A DNA stretch of 64,000 bases from Blastocatellia bacterium (GCA_043783625.1 JAYVZE010000179.1:527-64526); one strand, 5' to 3'; shown: positions 28,584-38,733, numbered from the stretch's first letter. Notes: generated from the letters alone by a model not told the origin. Translations and numbers: made by a program.

Positions 28584-28600
28584 TGCGAGAGCCGTGCCAG
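28584..28600 (-). promoter_or_regulatory. Sigma54 (-24/-12) promoter driving rsr and the downstream operon
   Basis: Minus-sense CTGGCACGGCTCTCGCA, which is TGGCAC-N5-TCGCA with GG-N10-GC spacing. Lies about 85 nt upstream of the rsr start. The RtcR activator is encoded nearby. Confidence 0.6.
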
Positions 28601-28792
28601 AATGATTCTGAATGGATTTGATAACGGTAAAGCATTGATAAAAAACAGGATGAGGATAAATAGCGGATTTGCACAGTAAAAACTCTAAGCGTGAAATTGA
28701 TTTTAAAAGATAAGAAATTAGATTATATTCTAAGGCTGAACGATGCGATGAATTATGATTCGTGTTCAGTATAGATTTGAAAGGAACCCCGC

Positions 28793-30253
28793 ATGACTAA
28801 TTTCAACTGGCTTCTGGATGGAAGCATCGTCGGCGTCTATTTGTTGATTACGATGATCGCCGGACTTTGGGTGCGTAAGTACGTTGGCAAGGTCGAACAT
28901 TTTTTGGTCGCCGGACGTGAGATGGATTTATTTCTTGGCATCGCATCGCTGGCAGCTACGGAGTTCGGCATCGTGACTTGTATGTACACGGCGCAGAACG
29001 GCTACAAATTTGGTTTTGCCGGAGCGACTCCCGGAATCCTGATGGCGGCTGCGATGTTGATTGTCGGGCTGACGGGGTTTTGCATTAAGCCGTTACGCGA
29101 TTCGGGCGTGATGACTTTGCCGGAATTGATTGATAAAAAATTCGGGCCGAATATTCGCTGGGCGGCGGGAGTCGTGATCGTTCTCGGCGGCTTGTTGAAT
29201 ATGGGAGTTTTCCTGCGCGTCGGTGGGCAGTTTCTGGTTTTAGTCGCGGGAATGGACGTTCGATATTTAGAAGTGATGATGACGGCGTTGTTGATTGGCG
29301 TGGCAGTCTACACAATCCTCGGCGGAATGCTGTCAGTTTTGGTGACGGACTTCCTGCAATTCATTGTGATGAGTGCCGGATTGATTGCGGTGACGGTTTT
29401 AATTTTGGTCAATGTCGGATGGGAAAAATTGGTGACGACAGTTGAAGTCAATTACGGCGCGGCGGGCTTCAATCCATTTATCAATCCTGAAATGGGATGG
29501 GGCTATGTGGTCTTCAATGCGTTGCTGAATACGGCAGCGGTGTTGACGTGGCAGACAACCATTGCGCGGGTGTTGGCGGCGAAAAATACGGAGACCGGAC
29601 GAAAAATTTATACGCGGACAAGTTTCTTTTTTGTCTGCCGATTTTTGATCCCGGGTATTTGGGGAATCGCGGCGCTGGCGGCTTTGGGGCCGCAGGTTGA
29701 TTCGCTCGAAGCGATGCCGAAATATCTGGCAGTGGCGGTTCCGGCGGGCTTGATGGGATTGCTCGTAGCGGCCATGTTGGCGGCGGATATGTCCACGGAT
29801 TCCTCTTATATGTTGTCGTGGGGAAGCGTGATTTATAACGATATTATGGCTCCATTTCACAAGGGGCAATGGTCAGAGAAAAAGGGTTTGCTGATTAACC
29901 GTTTCATCGTCGCCATCATCGGCGTTTTCCTGCTGATTTACGGATTATGGTACAAGCTGGAAGGCGGCTTGTGGGATTATCTGACGTTGACGGGAACAAT
30001 TTATCTGGCGAGTATTTCGGTTTTGCTCATTGCGTGTTGTTACTGGGATCGTGCGAATAGCTGGGGCGCGGCGGCGGCGATTGTGGTCAGTGCGGTTATT
30101 CCGGTGGCATATTTGGTGATGGAAAAAATGGACAGTACCAAAGCCTTTACGAAAAGTGTCGGCCCGCATTATTCAGGCATCGCAGCCTTTGCTGGTGCGG
30201 CTCTGGCGATGATCATCGGATCATTAATCAAACCGCAGGCACAGAAAAATTAA
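28793..30253 (+). CDS. Sodium:solute symporter family (SSF) transporter
   Basis: 486 aa, about 13 TM segments. SSF-like motifs (GREMDLFLGIASLAATEFG). Confidence 0.7.
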   Translation: MTNFNWLLDGSIVGVYLLITMIAGLWVRKYVGKVEHFLVAGREMDLFLGIASLAATEFGIVTCMYTAQNGYKFGFAGATPGILMAAAMLIVGLTGFCIKPLRDSGVMTLPELIDKKFGPNIRWAAGVVIVLGGLLNMGVFLRVGGQFLVLVAGMDVRYLEVMMTALLIGVAVYTILGGMLSVLVTDFLQFIVMSAGLIAVTVLILVNVGWEKLVTTVEVNYGAAGFNPFINPEMGWGYVVFNALLNTAAVLTWQTTIARVLAAKNTETGRKIYTRTSFFFVCRFLIPGIWGIAALAALGPQVDSLEAMPKYLAVAVPAGLMGLLVAAMLAADMSTDSSYMLSWGSVIYNDIMAPFHKGQWSEKKGLLINRFIVAIIGVFLLIYGLWYKLEGGLWDYLTLTGTIYLASISVLLIACCYWDRANSWGAAAAIVVSAVIPVAYLVMEKMDSTKAFTKSVGPHYSGIAAFAGAALAMIIGSLIKPQAQKN

Positions 30254-30264
30254 GGAGGATCATC

Positions 30265-30414
30265 ATGGGAAATCATTGGTTTTGGTTTTTATTGACGATG
30301 GCTTGTGTCATCTGGTATTCGACCGTCACCGTGTATGTGGCGATCAAAGGCGCAGCCGATATTAAAGGGATGCTGGCAAGATTGTCGGAAAATTACGGCG
30401 AAGATAAGGAATAA
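30265..30414 (+). CDS. Small membrane protein (49 aa), possible symporter-associated small subunit
   Basis: ATG lies 9 nt after the symporter stop, preceded by AAGGAGG. Encodes MGNHWFWFLLTMACVIWYSTVTVYVAIKG, a single TM helix. Below the ORF-track size cutoff. Confidence 0.35.
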   Translation: MGNHWFWFLLTMACVIWYSTVTVYVAIKGAADIKGMLARLSENYGEDKE

Positions 30415-30427
30415 ATATTTTCCGTCA

Positions 30428-30637
30428 TCGTCGCAGCACGACGTCTGAATTTAGCCGTGTGGTTTCAACCCACGGTAACGCGGTGTTTAGATTTTCCGTC
30501 GCGTCAGCGACGATTGAAAGAAATATTAATTTCAGCCGTCGCTGACGCGACGAAAAAATAAAATGTAAACGTCTACCGTGGGTTAAAACGCCACGGCTAA
30601 AGTCAGGCGTCGCGCTGCGACGGGGAATGAAAACACC
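30428..30637. repeat. Nested inverted-repeat (MITE-like) element upstream of rtcR
   Basis: Outer imperfect inverted repeat of about 50 bp (TCGTCGCAGCACGACGTCTGAATTTAGCCGTGTGGTTTCAACCCACGGTA and its partner). Inner perfect inverted repeat CGTCGCGTCAGCGACG/CGTCGCTGACGCGACG followed by an A-run. Confidence 0.55.
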
Positions 30638-30663
30638 CACTCAATAGACTTCACTTTTTTCTC

Positions 30664-32265
30664 ATGCCGCAAAAACGAACAGTAGTTTTTGGAATCCTCG
30701 GAATTAAAAAAGATTCCGGCAAAGGTGTTGCACGCCGGGAGAAATGGCGTCCGACAATTGCGCTTTGTTCGCACGAAGATTTGCTCATCCATCGCTTTGA
30801 ATTATTAACCCAGCCGACCCATCACGAATTAGCCAAACAAATTATCGCTGACATCAAAGACGTTTCTCCTGAAACTGAGATCAAGACGCATCTGGTACAA
30901 TTTGATGACGCATGGGACTTTGAAGAAGTCTACGGGCAATTACACGATTTTTTCCGTAATTATTCCTTCAAGCCGGACAAGGAAGATTATCTGGTGCATC
31001 TTTCGACGGGGACGCATACACTTCAGATTTGCCTGTTTTTATTAACTGAATCGCGTCATTTGCCCGGACAATTGATTCAAACTTCACCGCCGAAATATCG
31101 TCGCGGAAAGGTGAGTGATCCGGGCACGTACAACATTATTGATTTGGATTTATCGAAGTACGGCTTACTGACTTCGCGCTTTCAGCAGGAGCAAAAAGAA
31201 GCGACTTCGTTTTTGAAATCCGGCATCGAAACGCGCAACAAACAATTCAATAAATTAATTGCCCGCATCGAACAGGTAGCGATTGCTTCACGCGATCCGC
31301 TGTTATTAATGGGGCCGACGGGAGCAGGAAAATCACGATTGGCGAAACGTATCTTCGCCCTAAAAAAAGCCAGACATCAGATGAGCGGAAATTTTGTCGA
31401 AGTGAATTGCGCGACGATTCGCGGCGACGGTGCAATGTCAGCTTTGTTCGGGCATATCAAGGGCGCGTTCACGGGTGCGATCAATCCACGTGACGGTCAT
31501 CTTCGTGCGGCGAATAATGGCGTTCTATTTTTAGATGAAATCGGCGAGCTGGGATTAGACGAACAGGCGATGTTGCTGCGTGCGCTGGAAGACAAAGTAT
31601 TTCTGCCACTCGGCTCCGACAAAGAAGTCAAAAGCGAATTTCAATTAATTGCCGGAACCAACCGCGATTTATCGGAACGCGTAAGCAGCGGAAAATTCCG
31701 CGATGATCTGTTGGCGCGAATAAATTTATGGACATTTAGCTTGCCATCCTTGCGCGAACGCAAAGAAGACATCGAACCGAATTTGCAATTTGAACTGGAT
31801 CAATTCGCCGAACGCAACGGGACGCGGGTGACGTTCAGCCGCGAAGCTTTGAATCATTTTGTAAAATTCGCAACGTCGAACGAAGCCAGTTGGAACGGGA
31901 ATTTTCGTGATTTAAATGGCGCGATTATTCGGATGGCGACATTCGCCGAAAGCGGCAGAATTTCAGTGGAAGTTGTGAACGAAGAAATTGAACGGCTTCG
32001 TGCTGCGTGGCAAAATTCCAGCGCGACGTTTGGCGAAGGTTTGGAAAATTTATTGGATGAAAATGTGATTGCGGAACTAGATTTATTTGATCGAATGCAG
32101 CTCCTGAAGGTGATTGAAATTTGTCGTGAATCGCGTTCGCTTTCTGAAGCCGGACGCAAACTGTTTCATTCTTCCCGTGAACAGAAAAAAACTGCCAACG
32201 ATGCAGATCGGTTGCGAAAATATTTGATGAGATTTGGATTGCGTTGGGAAGGAATTAAAGAATAG
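30664..32265 (+). CDS. rtcR: Sigma54-dependent transcriptional activator RtcR (N-terminal CARF-like domain, AAA+ sigma54-interaction domain, C-terminal HTH)
   Basis: 533 aa (E. coli RtcR is 532 aa). Walker A GPTGAGKS, GAFTGA motif, Walker B FLDEIGEL. The N-terminal 180-aa non-receiver domain is consistent with CARF. Confidence 0.75.
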   Translation: MPQKRTVVFGILGIKKDSGKGVARREKWRPTIALCSHEDLLIHRFELLTQPTHHELAKQIIADIKDVSPETEIKTHLVQFDDAWDFEEVYGQLHDFFRNYSFKPDKEDYLVHLSTGTHTLQICLFLLTESRHLPGQLIQTSPPKYRRGKVSDPGTYNIIDLDLSKYGLLTSRFQQEQKEATSFLKSGIETRNKQFNKLIARIEQVAIASRDPLLLMGPTGAGKSRLAKRIFALKKARHQMSGNFVEVNCATIRGDGAMSALFGHIKGAFTGAINPRDGHLRAANNGVLFLDEIGELGLDEQAMLLRALEDKVFLPLGSDKEVKSEFQLIAGTNRDLSERVSSGKFRDDLLARINLWTFSLPSLRERKEDIEPNLQFELDQFAERNGTRVTFSREALNHFVKFATSNEASWNGNFRDLNGAIIRMATFAESGRISVEVVNEEIERLRAAWQNSSATFGEGLENLLDENVIAELDLFDRMQLLKVIEICRESRSLSEAGRKLFHSSREQKKTANDADRLRKYLMRFGLRWEGIKE

Positions 32266-32309
32266 ACCGCTGATGACGCGGATTTGGCAGGTTTTCGCGG
32301 ATTTGATTT

Positions 32310-34157
32310 TTGAGCTTAATCAATAAGGAAAATGAGGCTAACGTGAAAAAACATAACAGCGATAGAGTTTCTTTATCTCGCCGTGAGTTGATTCGCGGCT
32401 CGGCTTGTGCGGTAACTACTGCTGCGCTTTCGGCAATCCCCAATATTGCGAAAACGATTTCTGAAACTGGAAAAGAAGTTGTCCATGAATTTCCTCTTGG
32501 TACGGTGCACTTGACGGGCGGATTGCTCAAACAACAATCTGATCGTATTCACGCGCATTATCTGGCGTTATCTAATGACCGATTACTGAAGGTTTTTCGG
32601 CAACGGGTTGGGCTACCAGCTCCCGGCGCAGATATGGGTGGTTGGTATGACACGAACGGATTCGTGCCGGGGCTGACGCTGGGGCAATATATTTCAGGCT
32701 TGGCGCGGATAGGGGCAGCCACCGGAGATGAAAATTGTCATCATAAAGTTCGCGCTCTGGTGGCGGGCTTTGGTGAGTTTCTATCGCAGACGGAAAATCC
32801 TTATGCGGGTCAGGGAGCAGAAAAAATGTGGGCGGCGTATGTAATGGATAAATACGTTGTCGGGTTGGTAGATGCCTATCGGCTGAGCGGAGTCGAGCAG
32901 GCGAAAAAAATGCTTCCCGAAGTCATTCAGAAATGTCGTCCTTTTATTTCTCCGGTCAGCAAAGATCGCATCGGGAAAAAAGATCCGCCTTATGATGAAA
33001 CGTATGTGTTGCCAGAAAACCTCTTCGCTGCTGCTGAAATTACGGGTGACAGCAAATATTACGACCTCGCTGTTCATTATTTGTTAGACCGCGAATGGTT
33101 CGATCCGCTGGCGGCAGGGAAAAATGTATTGCCGACTAAACACGCATACAGTCATACGATTGCGCTGAGTTCAGGCGGGCAGGCATATCTGTCAACAGGG
33201 AATTCCAAATACAAAAAAGCACTGGAAAATGCGTGGCGATTTATGGAAGTGCAGCGTTTTGCTTCGGGCGGCTGGGGGCCGGAAGAGCAATTTGTAGAAC
33301 CCGGTCAGGGAAAATTATTTGAAAGTTTGTCGAATTCTACTGCACATTTTGAAACACCCTGCGGTGCGTATGCTGATATAAAATTAGCGCGTTACTTAAT
33401 TCGCCTGACAGGTGATTCTCGCTATGCCGACGGGTTGGAGCGAACGCTTTACAATACAATTCTTGCTACGCGTTTACCTGATAGCGATGGCGGGTATTCG
33501 TACTATTCAAATTATGGAACCAATGCCATCAAGAAATATTATCACCGCAAATGGCCTTGCTGTTCGGGCACGTTAATACAGGGCGTAGCCGATTATGTGC
33601 GCAATATTTATTTTCACGATGAAGATTCGTTGTACGTGAATTTATTTGCTTCTTCGACCGTTCGCTGGAAGCGGTTGAGCGGCACTGTTTTGATGGAACA
33701 AACAACAAATTATCCAGGCGAAGATACCAGCCGAATGGTTATTCGCTCAGGCGGTAAATTTGCGCTCAAAGTGCGAATTCCCGCGTGGAGCAGCAATGCT
33801 ACCATTCGCGTCAATGGTCGTGCGGCAACTATTGCCAAAGCTGGTCAATATGCCGTGATGGAGCGTAATTGGAAAACTGGCGATACGATTGAAATTATAA
33901 TCCCGCAACCTTTACGAACGCTGGCGATTGACGAAAGTCATCCTGACATCGTTGCGATGATGCGTGGAGCAGTGATGTATGTTGGAATTAATCCGTGGGA
34001 AGGATTAGCAGAAACAGCCGTAGCAATTCCTTCAGCACTAAGTGCAGTTAAGAGCACTGACACTTATGCGATGCGCGTTAATAATCAGGATTTAGTTTTT
34101 GTACCTTATTTTGATGTGCAACTGGAAAGCTACCAGACATATTTCAAGATAAAGTGA
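32310..34157 (+). CDS. Glycoside hydrolase family 127-like (DUF1680, beta-L-arabinofuranosidase-like) with Tat signal; start may be the GTG at 32343
   Basis: SRRELIRGSACAVTTAAL twin-arginine signal. Cys-rich KWPCCSGT motif typical of GH127. 615 aa. Confidence 0.55.
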   Translation: MSLINKENEANVKKHNSDRVSLSRRELIRGSACAVTTAALSAIPNIAKTISETGKEVVHEFPLGTVHLTGGLLKQQSDRIHAHYLALSNDRLLKVFRQRVGLPAPGADMGGWYDTNGFVPGLTLGQYISGLARIGAATGDENCHHKVRALVAGFGEFLSQTENPYAGQGAEKMWAAYVMDKYVVGLVDAYRLSGVEQAKKMLPEVIQKCRPFISPVSKDRIGKKDPPYDETYVLPENLFAAAEITGDSKYYDLAVHYLLDREWFDPLAAGKNVLPTKHAYSHTIALSSGGQAYLSTGNSKYKKALENAWRFMEVQRFASGGWGPEEQFVEPGQGKLFESLSNSTAHFETPCGAYADIKLARYLIRLTGDSRYADGLERTLYNTILATRLPDSDGGYSYYSNYGTNAIKKYYHRKWPCCSGTLIQGVADYVRNIYFHDEDSLYVNLFASSTVRWKRLSGTVLMEQTTNYPGEDTSRMVIRSGGKFALKVRIPAWSSNATIRVNGRAATIAKAGQYAVMERNWKTGDTIEIIIPQPLRTLAIDESHPDIVAMMRGAVMYVGINPWEGLAETAVAIPSALSAVKSTDTYAMRVNNQDLVFVPYFDVQLESYQTYFKIK

Positions 34158-34163
34158 GAAAAA

Positions 34164-34742
34164 CTATTTTCTACTGCCGGGTTTGATCGCAGTTGTTCCT
34201 TCCTGGCACATCGGACATTCTTCAGCTTTGTAACTTGGTACTTCCAGCGTCGCCAGCGCATGACGCGGTACGCCTAAATCTACTGCGCCGTTGCTACGGT
34301 CAATTAATGAACCTGCTCCCACAACTATGCCGCCGAGAGCGTTGACGACTTCCATGACTTCACGGGTCGAGCCTCCGGTGGTGACGACATCTTCCACAAC
34401 AAAACATTTTTCGCCGGAAGCGATTTGAAATCCGCGCCGCAGCGTCATTGTTTCCTGTCGTTCGGTGAATAAAGCTCGAACGCCGAGGGCGCGGGCGACT
34501 TCGTGCGCGACTACGACGCCGCCGAGAGCGGGCGCGATGACTAAATCAATGTGTCCAATGCGTTCATCGGCTTTGGCTTTGGCAGCTAAAATGGAACAGA
34601 GCTTTTCCGCCGTCGCGGGATTTTGCATGACTAAGGCGCATTGTAAATAACGCGAACTGTGCAAGCCGGAGGAGAGTAAAAAATGTCCGGTGAGTAACGC
34701 GCCGCTGTCGGAAAATATTTGTAAAACTTCTTCGTTAGTCAT
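34164..34742 (-). CDS. pyrE: Orotate phosphoribosyltransferase PyrE (start adjusted to the internal Met MTNEEVLQIF)
   Basis: PRTase motif CFVVEDVVTTGGS. The ORF is open further upstream, but homologous sequence begins at the ATG at 34740-34742. Confidence 0.75.
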   Translation of the reverse strand: MTNEEVLQIFSDSGALLTGHFLLSSGLHSSRYLQCALVMQNPATAEKLCSILAAKAKADERIGHIDLVIAPALGGVVVAHEVARALGVRALFTERQETMTLRRGFQIASGEKCFVVEDVVTTGGSTREVMEVVNALGGIVVGAGSLIDRSNGAVDLGVPRHALATLEVPSYKAEECPMCQEGTTAIKPGSRK

Positions 34743-34840
34743 CTTGATTATAGAATTTTTTTGAACCACAAAAAGCGCAAAAGACGCAAAAAAGAAATTC
34801 AAGGTGTCTGTGCTTTTTGCGCTTCTTGTGGTTTCACTTT

Positions 34841-36112
34841 TTATTCGTTCGTAAATTTTCGTACAACTAAAGCCGAATTTTTCGATCCAAAGCCAATGCA
34901 ATTGCACAGCGCAGTTTTGATTTCTCCAGCGCGTGATTGGTTTGGAACGTAGTCCAGATCGCATTCGGGATCGGCTTCATCAAGGTTAATCGTCGGCGGC
35001 AGGAATCCGTTCATCATTCCGCCAATGGTCGCAGCTAAGCCTGCGGCTCCTGACGCGCCTTGCGGATGCCCGATTAATGATTTCGTTGCACTCATCGGAA
35101 TTTTGTACGCCGTATCGCCAAATGCAATTTTAATGGCGCGTGTTTCAATGCGGTCATTCAAATCTGTCGCTGTACCGTGCAGGTTAATGTAATCAATTTC
35201 ATCAATGGAAACTCCGGCATCAGCAAGAGCCATTCCCATTGCACGGGCGGGTTCAATTCCTGATTCATCAAGACGCACACGATGATGCGCATCGCAGGTT
35301 GAGCCGTAGCCAATAATTTCGGCATAAATCCTGGCTCCACGATTCACGGCGTGTTCGTATTCTTCTAAGACAAATAGATAAGAACCTTCGCCCACGACAA
35401 ATCCATCACGTCCTTTGCAAAATGGACGGGAAGCGCGATGCGGTTCTTCATTCCATGAAGGCGTCATCAGCCTCATCATGCAGAAGCCAAGCATAATACT
35501 GTGCGCGAGCGGAGCATCTACGCCACCGGAAAGAATCGTTTTGATTTTGCCGAGCTGAATATTTTGGACTGCGTAATTCAACGCATCAGTCGAAGACGTA
35601 CAACCCGTCGAAACCAAGTGGCTGAATCCTTTTAATCCATACGCCATGGAAATTTCGCTGGGTAGCGAACCCGGCGTTGCAGTTGGAATAGAATAGATAC
35701 TGGCTTTCTTGGCTTCGTTTTCAAAATAGTAGCGATATTGTTTCTCAACGAAACTTAAACTGGCGCCACCGCTGCCGAGAACTACGCCAATGCCTCGGCG
35801 ATCATCCAGTTCCATTTCTTTTGGATTGATTCCCGCATCTGCAAAAGCTAATCCTGCGCCTGCAATTCCGTACGCGACTGCTGGAGAAACATGCTGACGG
35901 TCTTTGGGGGGGATGAAATCATCTGCATTGAAATTTCGGACTTCGCCGGCAATACGCACCGGTAAATCAGAAACATCAAATCTAGTAATAGGGCTGACAC
36001 CGCTGATGCCTGCCTGAATGGATTGCCAGTATAAATCTTTGCCTGAACCGTACGGGCTGATGCTGCCGATTCCCGTGATAACTACGCGACGTAGCATTTG
36101 ATTAGATGCCAT
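34841..36112 (-). CDS. fabF: 3-oxoacyl-ACP synthase II (FabF/KAS II)
   Basis: 423 aa. Active-site Cys region SGGVDAPLAHS... and catalytic His in GHPQGASGAAG. Confidence 0.85.
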   Translation of the reverse strand: MASNQMLRRVVITGIGSISPYGSGKDLYWQSIQAGISGVSPITRFDVSDLPVRIAGEVRNFNADDFIPPKDRQHVSPAVAYGIAGAGLAFADAGINPKEMELDDRRGIGVVLGSGGASLSFVEKQYRYYFENEAKKASIYSIPTATPGSLPSEISMAYGLKGFSHLVSTGCTSSTDALNYAVQNIQLGKIKTILSGGVDAPLAHSIMLGFCMMRLMTPSWNEEPHRASRPFCKGRDGFVVGEGSYLFVLEEYEHAVNRGARIYAEIIGYGSTCDAHHRVRLDESGIEPARAMGMALADAGVSIDEIDYINLHGTATDLNDRIETRAIKIAFGDTAYKIPMSATKSLIGHPQGASGAAGLAATIGGMMNGFLPPTINLDEADPECDLDYVPNQSRAGEIKTALCNCIGFGSKNSALVVRKFTNE

Positions 36113-36234
36113 AGTGAATTTGGACCTCAGAATTATTAGATGTACGACCTGCTAAATATACAAGCTAACACCTTTGACTGCAAAATGATTGGGAATGAAA
36201 AATGAGAAGTTAAATTGAAGATTATCCGAAAAGT

Positions 36235-36283
36235 GATGTCAACATTTGATGACACTGCTTCAAGGTGTCATCAAATGTTGACT
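36235..36283. promoter_or_regulatory. Perfect 18-bp inverted repeat (candidate operator) upstream of fabF
   Basis: ATGTCAACATTTGATGACAC ... GTGTCATCAAATGTTGAC with a 10-bp spacer, about 125-170 nt upstream of the fabF start. Confidence 0.5.
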
Positions 36284-36623
36284 GTGACAAAAAATGTCTG
36301 TCATCTTTTGGAGACACTAGGATAGATCAAAAAGCCAGCCAAGGCCGGTTGTGATTGTTATTTGTATAAATAAGTGCTTTATTTATAAATATTTATGTGT
36401 TGTTGGGCAAGTGTTACGGATTTGTGGCACGGTCATTGCACTACCTATAGCGCAGACGAGAGATGAAGAAGATAAAAAAGACGATCTTTGATTATTAATC
36501 TTTAGAAATTCTTTCGTAGCAGGGAAGGCGTTCTTGACGCGCAAATCCTCCTCACACCTAATAAACACCTCACCTGGTTATTAGTTGGATTTGAGGCTCG
36601 GAACGCTTCCCGGCTATTTTCTG

Positions 36624-36740
36624 TGAATCAGGAAAGCGCCTTGGAATTATTTACGCATTTATAATCATCCTCACACTTTTGCTGATAGTTCTTCACCAAC
36701 TATCAGCAATGATTATCACTCTGATGCGCTTTCCTGCAAG
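36624..36740. ncRNA. Candidate structured small RNA: long imperfect hairpin with internal bulges (6S-like architecture); strand not determined
   Basis: Closing stem CAGGAAAGCGC/GCGCTTTCCTG. Internal helix ATAATCAT/ATGATTAT. Apical stem TTGCTGATAGTT-CTTCACC-AACTATCAGCAA. Confidence 0.3.
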
Positions 36741-37248
36741 ATTTTGAGTTAGGAGTTTTGCTCCTCTTGATCTTGTAGCTGCTGGCTAGAAAGGACACGG
36801 GGGTCGGATTTTAGTTGCAGTTACATACTTCGATTCGCAGGTCGCGCTAATTTGGAGAACGGGGCACACCACATTAGCGTGGCTTGTGAATCGGAACTAA
36901 ACAAGAGAGTTGAGCAACCCTGATTGATAACAAGTTTTATAAGGTTTTTAGGTAAGGCATCCCAGGCCGAACCCGCTGCTAGCTGAGCAGACCCCAAATC
37001 TGACTTACGGTGGCATTGAGCCTCTCCCAGAAACGACCGCTATTAGGATTCTTCCTGCTTAGAATCCGGGAGGCTCACAAGACAAAAGCCAGCAATGGCG
37101 CTAAAATTGTCCTCACCCCAGCAGCAGATTAAGCGTAAGCAAATCTGCTGCTTTTGCGTTTGGCGGCAGATTTTATCCTCCAGATTCTCATTCAAAATTA
37201 TGCTAAGCTATAACTCGTTTCCATTTCACGAAAAGAGAGTTCAGCGCG

Positions 37249-38568
37249 ATGGCAAAATTTCTTCATATTGCAGATATTCATTTAGGCATCAGTCGGTATC
37301 GGCGTTTTAGTACGGCAGACCGGACACGCGATTTTTTTGCTGCCTGGGATGATTGCATTAATAAATATGCCATTGAAGAAGCCGTAGATTTTGTGCTCAT
37401 CGCAGGAGATTTTTTTGATACTCGGCGAGTTGAACCACAAGGCATGAATCATGCAATGTTCAGCCTGATGAAATTAAAATCCAACGGAATCCCCGTCATC
37501 GTCATTGAAGGAAACCATGATCAGCGTGAATCAACGATTCAATTTAGCTGGCTTCGTAGCCTTTCAAAATGGGGTTTTATCAAATTATTAGAACCGCTTG
37601 ATGATGAAGCAGGGAATCTGAATTTAAAAGCCTGGGATGATGAAGCAAAAAGTGGTTCCTATGTGGATATAAAAACCACCGATAGTAATTTTCGGATTTT
37701 TGGCACGACCTGGTATGGCGCGACAGTGGCGAAACAGCTTCCGGCGTTGGTGGATGAAATCGGAAAAATCAGGCTTGCCGAACATTTCAATATCATGATG
37801 CTGCACACCGATGTCGAAGGTCAGCTCAATCGTCATATTCCAGGGCTTCCAGTGGCAAAAATCAACGCATTGAAATCTGTCGTAGATTATCTCGCGCTGG
37901 GACACACCCATAAAAACTTTGAAATTGACGGCTGGGTTTACAATCCCGGCTCGCTGGAAGCCTGTAGCATTGATGAATATGACAACATTCGTGGAGCCTA
38001 TTTAGTCGAAGTCAAAGACGGCAAGCATGAAGCCAGATTAATGCGGGATTATCGGCAGCGTCCGTTTGTCCGTCTAAAATTTGAAGTTAATGGAAAAGTT
38101 GAACCTGAAGAATTACGTGAAGCTTTGTGGCTACAATTGCGAGGGGAGGTAACTCCGCATAATCTGGAAAATGATTCAACACTGGCTCCGGTACTTGAAC
38201 TGACGCTGACCGGACAGCTTGGATTTAAAACTTCACTACTAGAGTTAAATCAGCTCCGCGAAGAAATCAAAGCTGAATTTCACCCATTTATTTGTATTGT
38301 CAGGGACAATACAATTCCGGTGGAATACGCTGTCGCCACCGGAACTACTGAACATCACTCCCGCGAAGACCGGGAACGCCGGGTGCTTGAAAGCTTAATC
38401 GCCAGAGACGCACGCTTTCAGGCTTCAGCCGCTGAAATGACAGAATTGATGATGGAGGCCAAACGTCTGGCCATTGCGGAAGAGCATCCTGAAAAAATTA
38501 CAACTCTGATTGAGCAACGTCTAGCTCTGATTAAATCTAAAGGTGCCGAAAACCAGTCGGTCACTTAG
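37249..38568 (+). CDS. Mre11/SbcD-like metallophosphoesterase DNA repair exonuclease
   Basis: [14 protein letters not shown] and GNHD calcineurin-like motifs. 439 aa. No adjacent SbcC gene. Confidence 0.7.
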   Translation: MAKFLHIADIHLGISRYRRFSTADRTRDFFAAWDDCINKYAIEEAVDFVLIAGDFFDTRRVEPQGMNHAMFSLMKLKSNGIPVIVIEGNHDQRESTIQFSWLRSLSKWGFIKLLEPLDDEAGNLNLKAWDDEAKSGSYVDIKTTDSNFRIFGTTWYGATVAKQLPALVDEIGKIRLAEHFNIMMLHTDVEGQLNRHIPGLPVAKINALKSVVDYLALGHTHKNFEIDGWVYNPGSLEACSIDEYDNIRGAYLVEVKDGKHEARLMRDYRQRPFVRLKFEVNGKVEPEELREALWLQLRGEVTPHNLENDSTLAPVLELTLTGQLGFKTSLLELNQLREEIKAEFHPFICIVRDNTIPVEYAVATGTTEHHSREDRERRVLESLIARDARFQASAAEMTELMMEAKRLAIAEEHPEKITTLIEQRLALIKSKGAENQSVT

Positions 38569-38733
38569 AGAAAATGACGGGGCTGGAATTTCTATCTGGC
38601 AATTCGAGGTAAATTCGTAGACAATGATTTCTGCCTATGCTTGGAGGCTGGCTGACGTTCCTGTTCCCACCGAACGATCAGCAAACACTACATTATTTGA
38701 TTCCAGGAATTTTATCCCCGCACTTGCGTTGTT

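Noticed and set aside
30664-32265. Generic NtrC-type two-component response regulator
   Set aside because: The N-terminal domain lacks the receiver Asp-pocket pattern (no DD...D...K arrangement). The length is near-identical to RtcR, and it sits next to rsr and rtcB. RtcR with a CARF-like sensor domain is favoured.
36780-37090. tmRNA (ssrA) candidate suggested by the GGGGGTCGGATT start
   Set aside because: No tag-peptide reading frame ending in a typical AA-stop was found. No tRNA-Ala-like 3' end (T-arm plus GCTCCACCA). No pseudoknot-compatible repeats.
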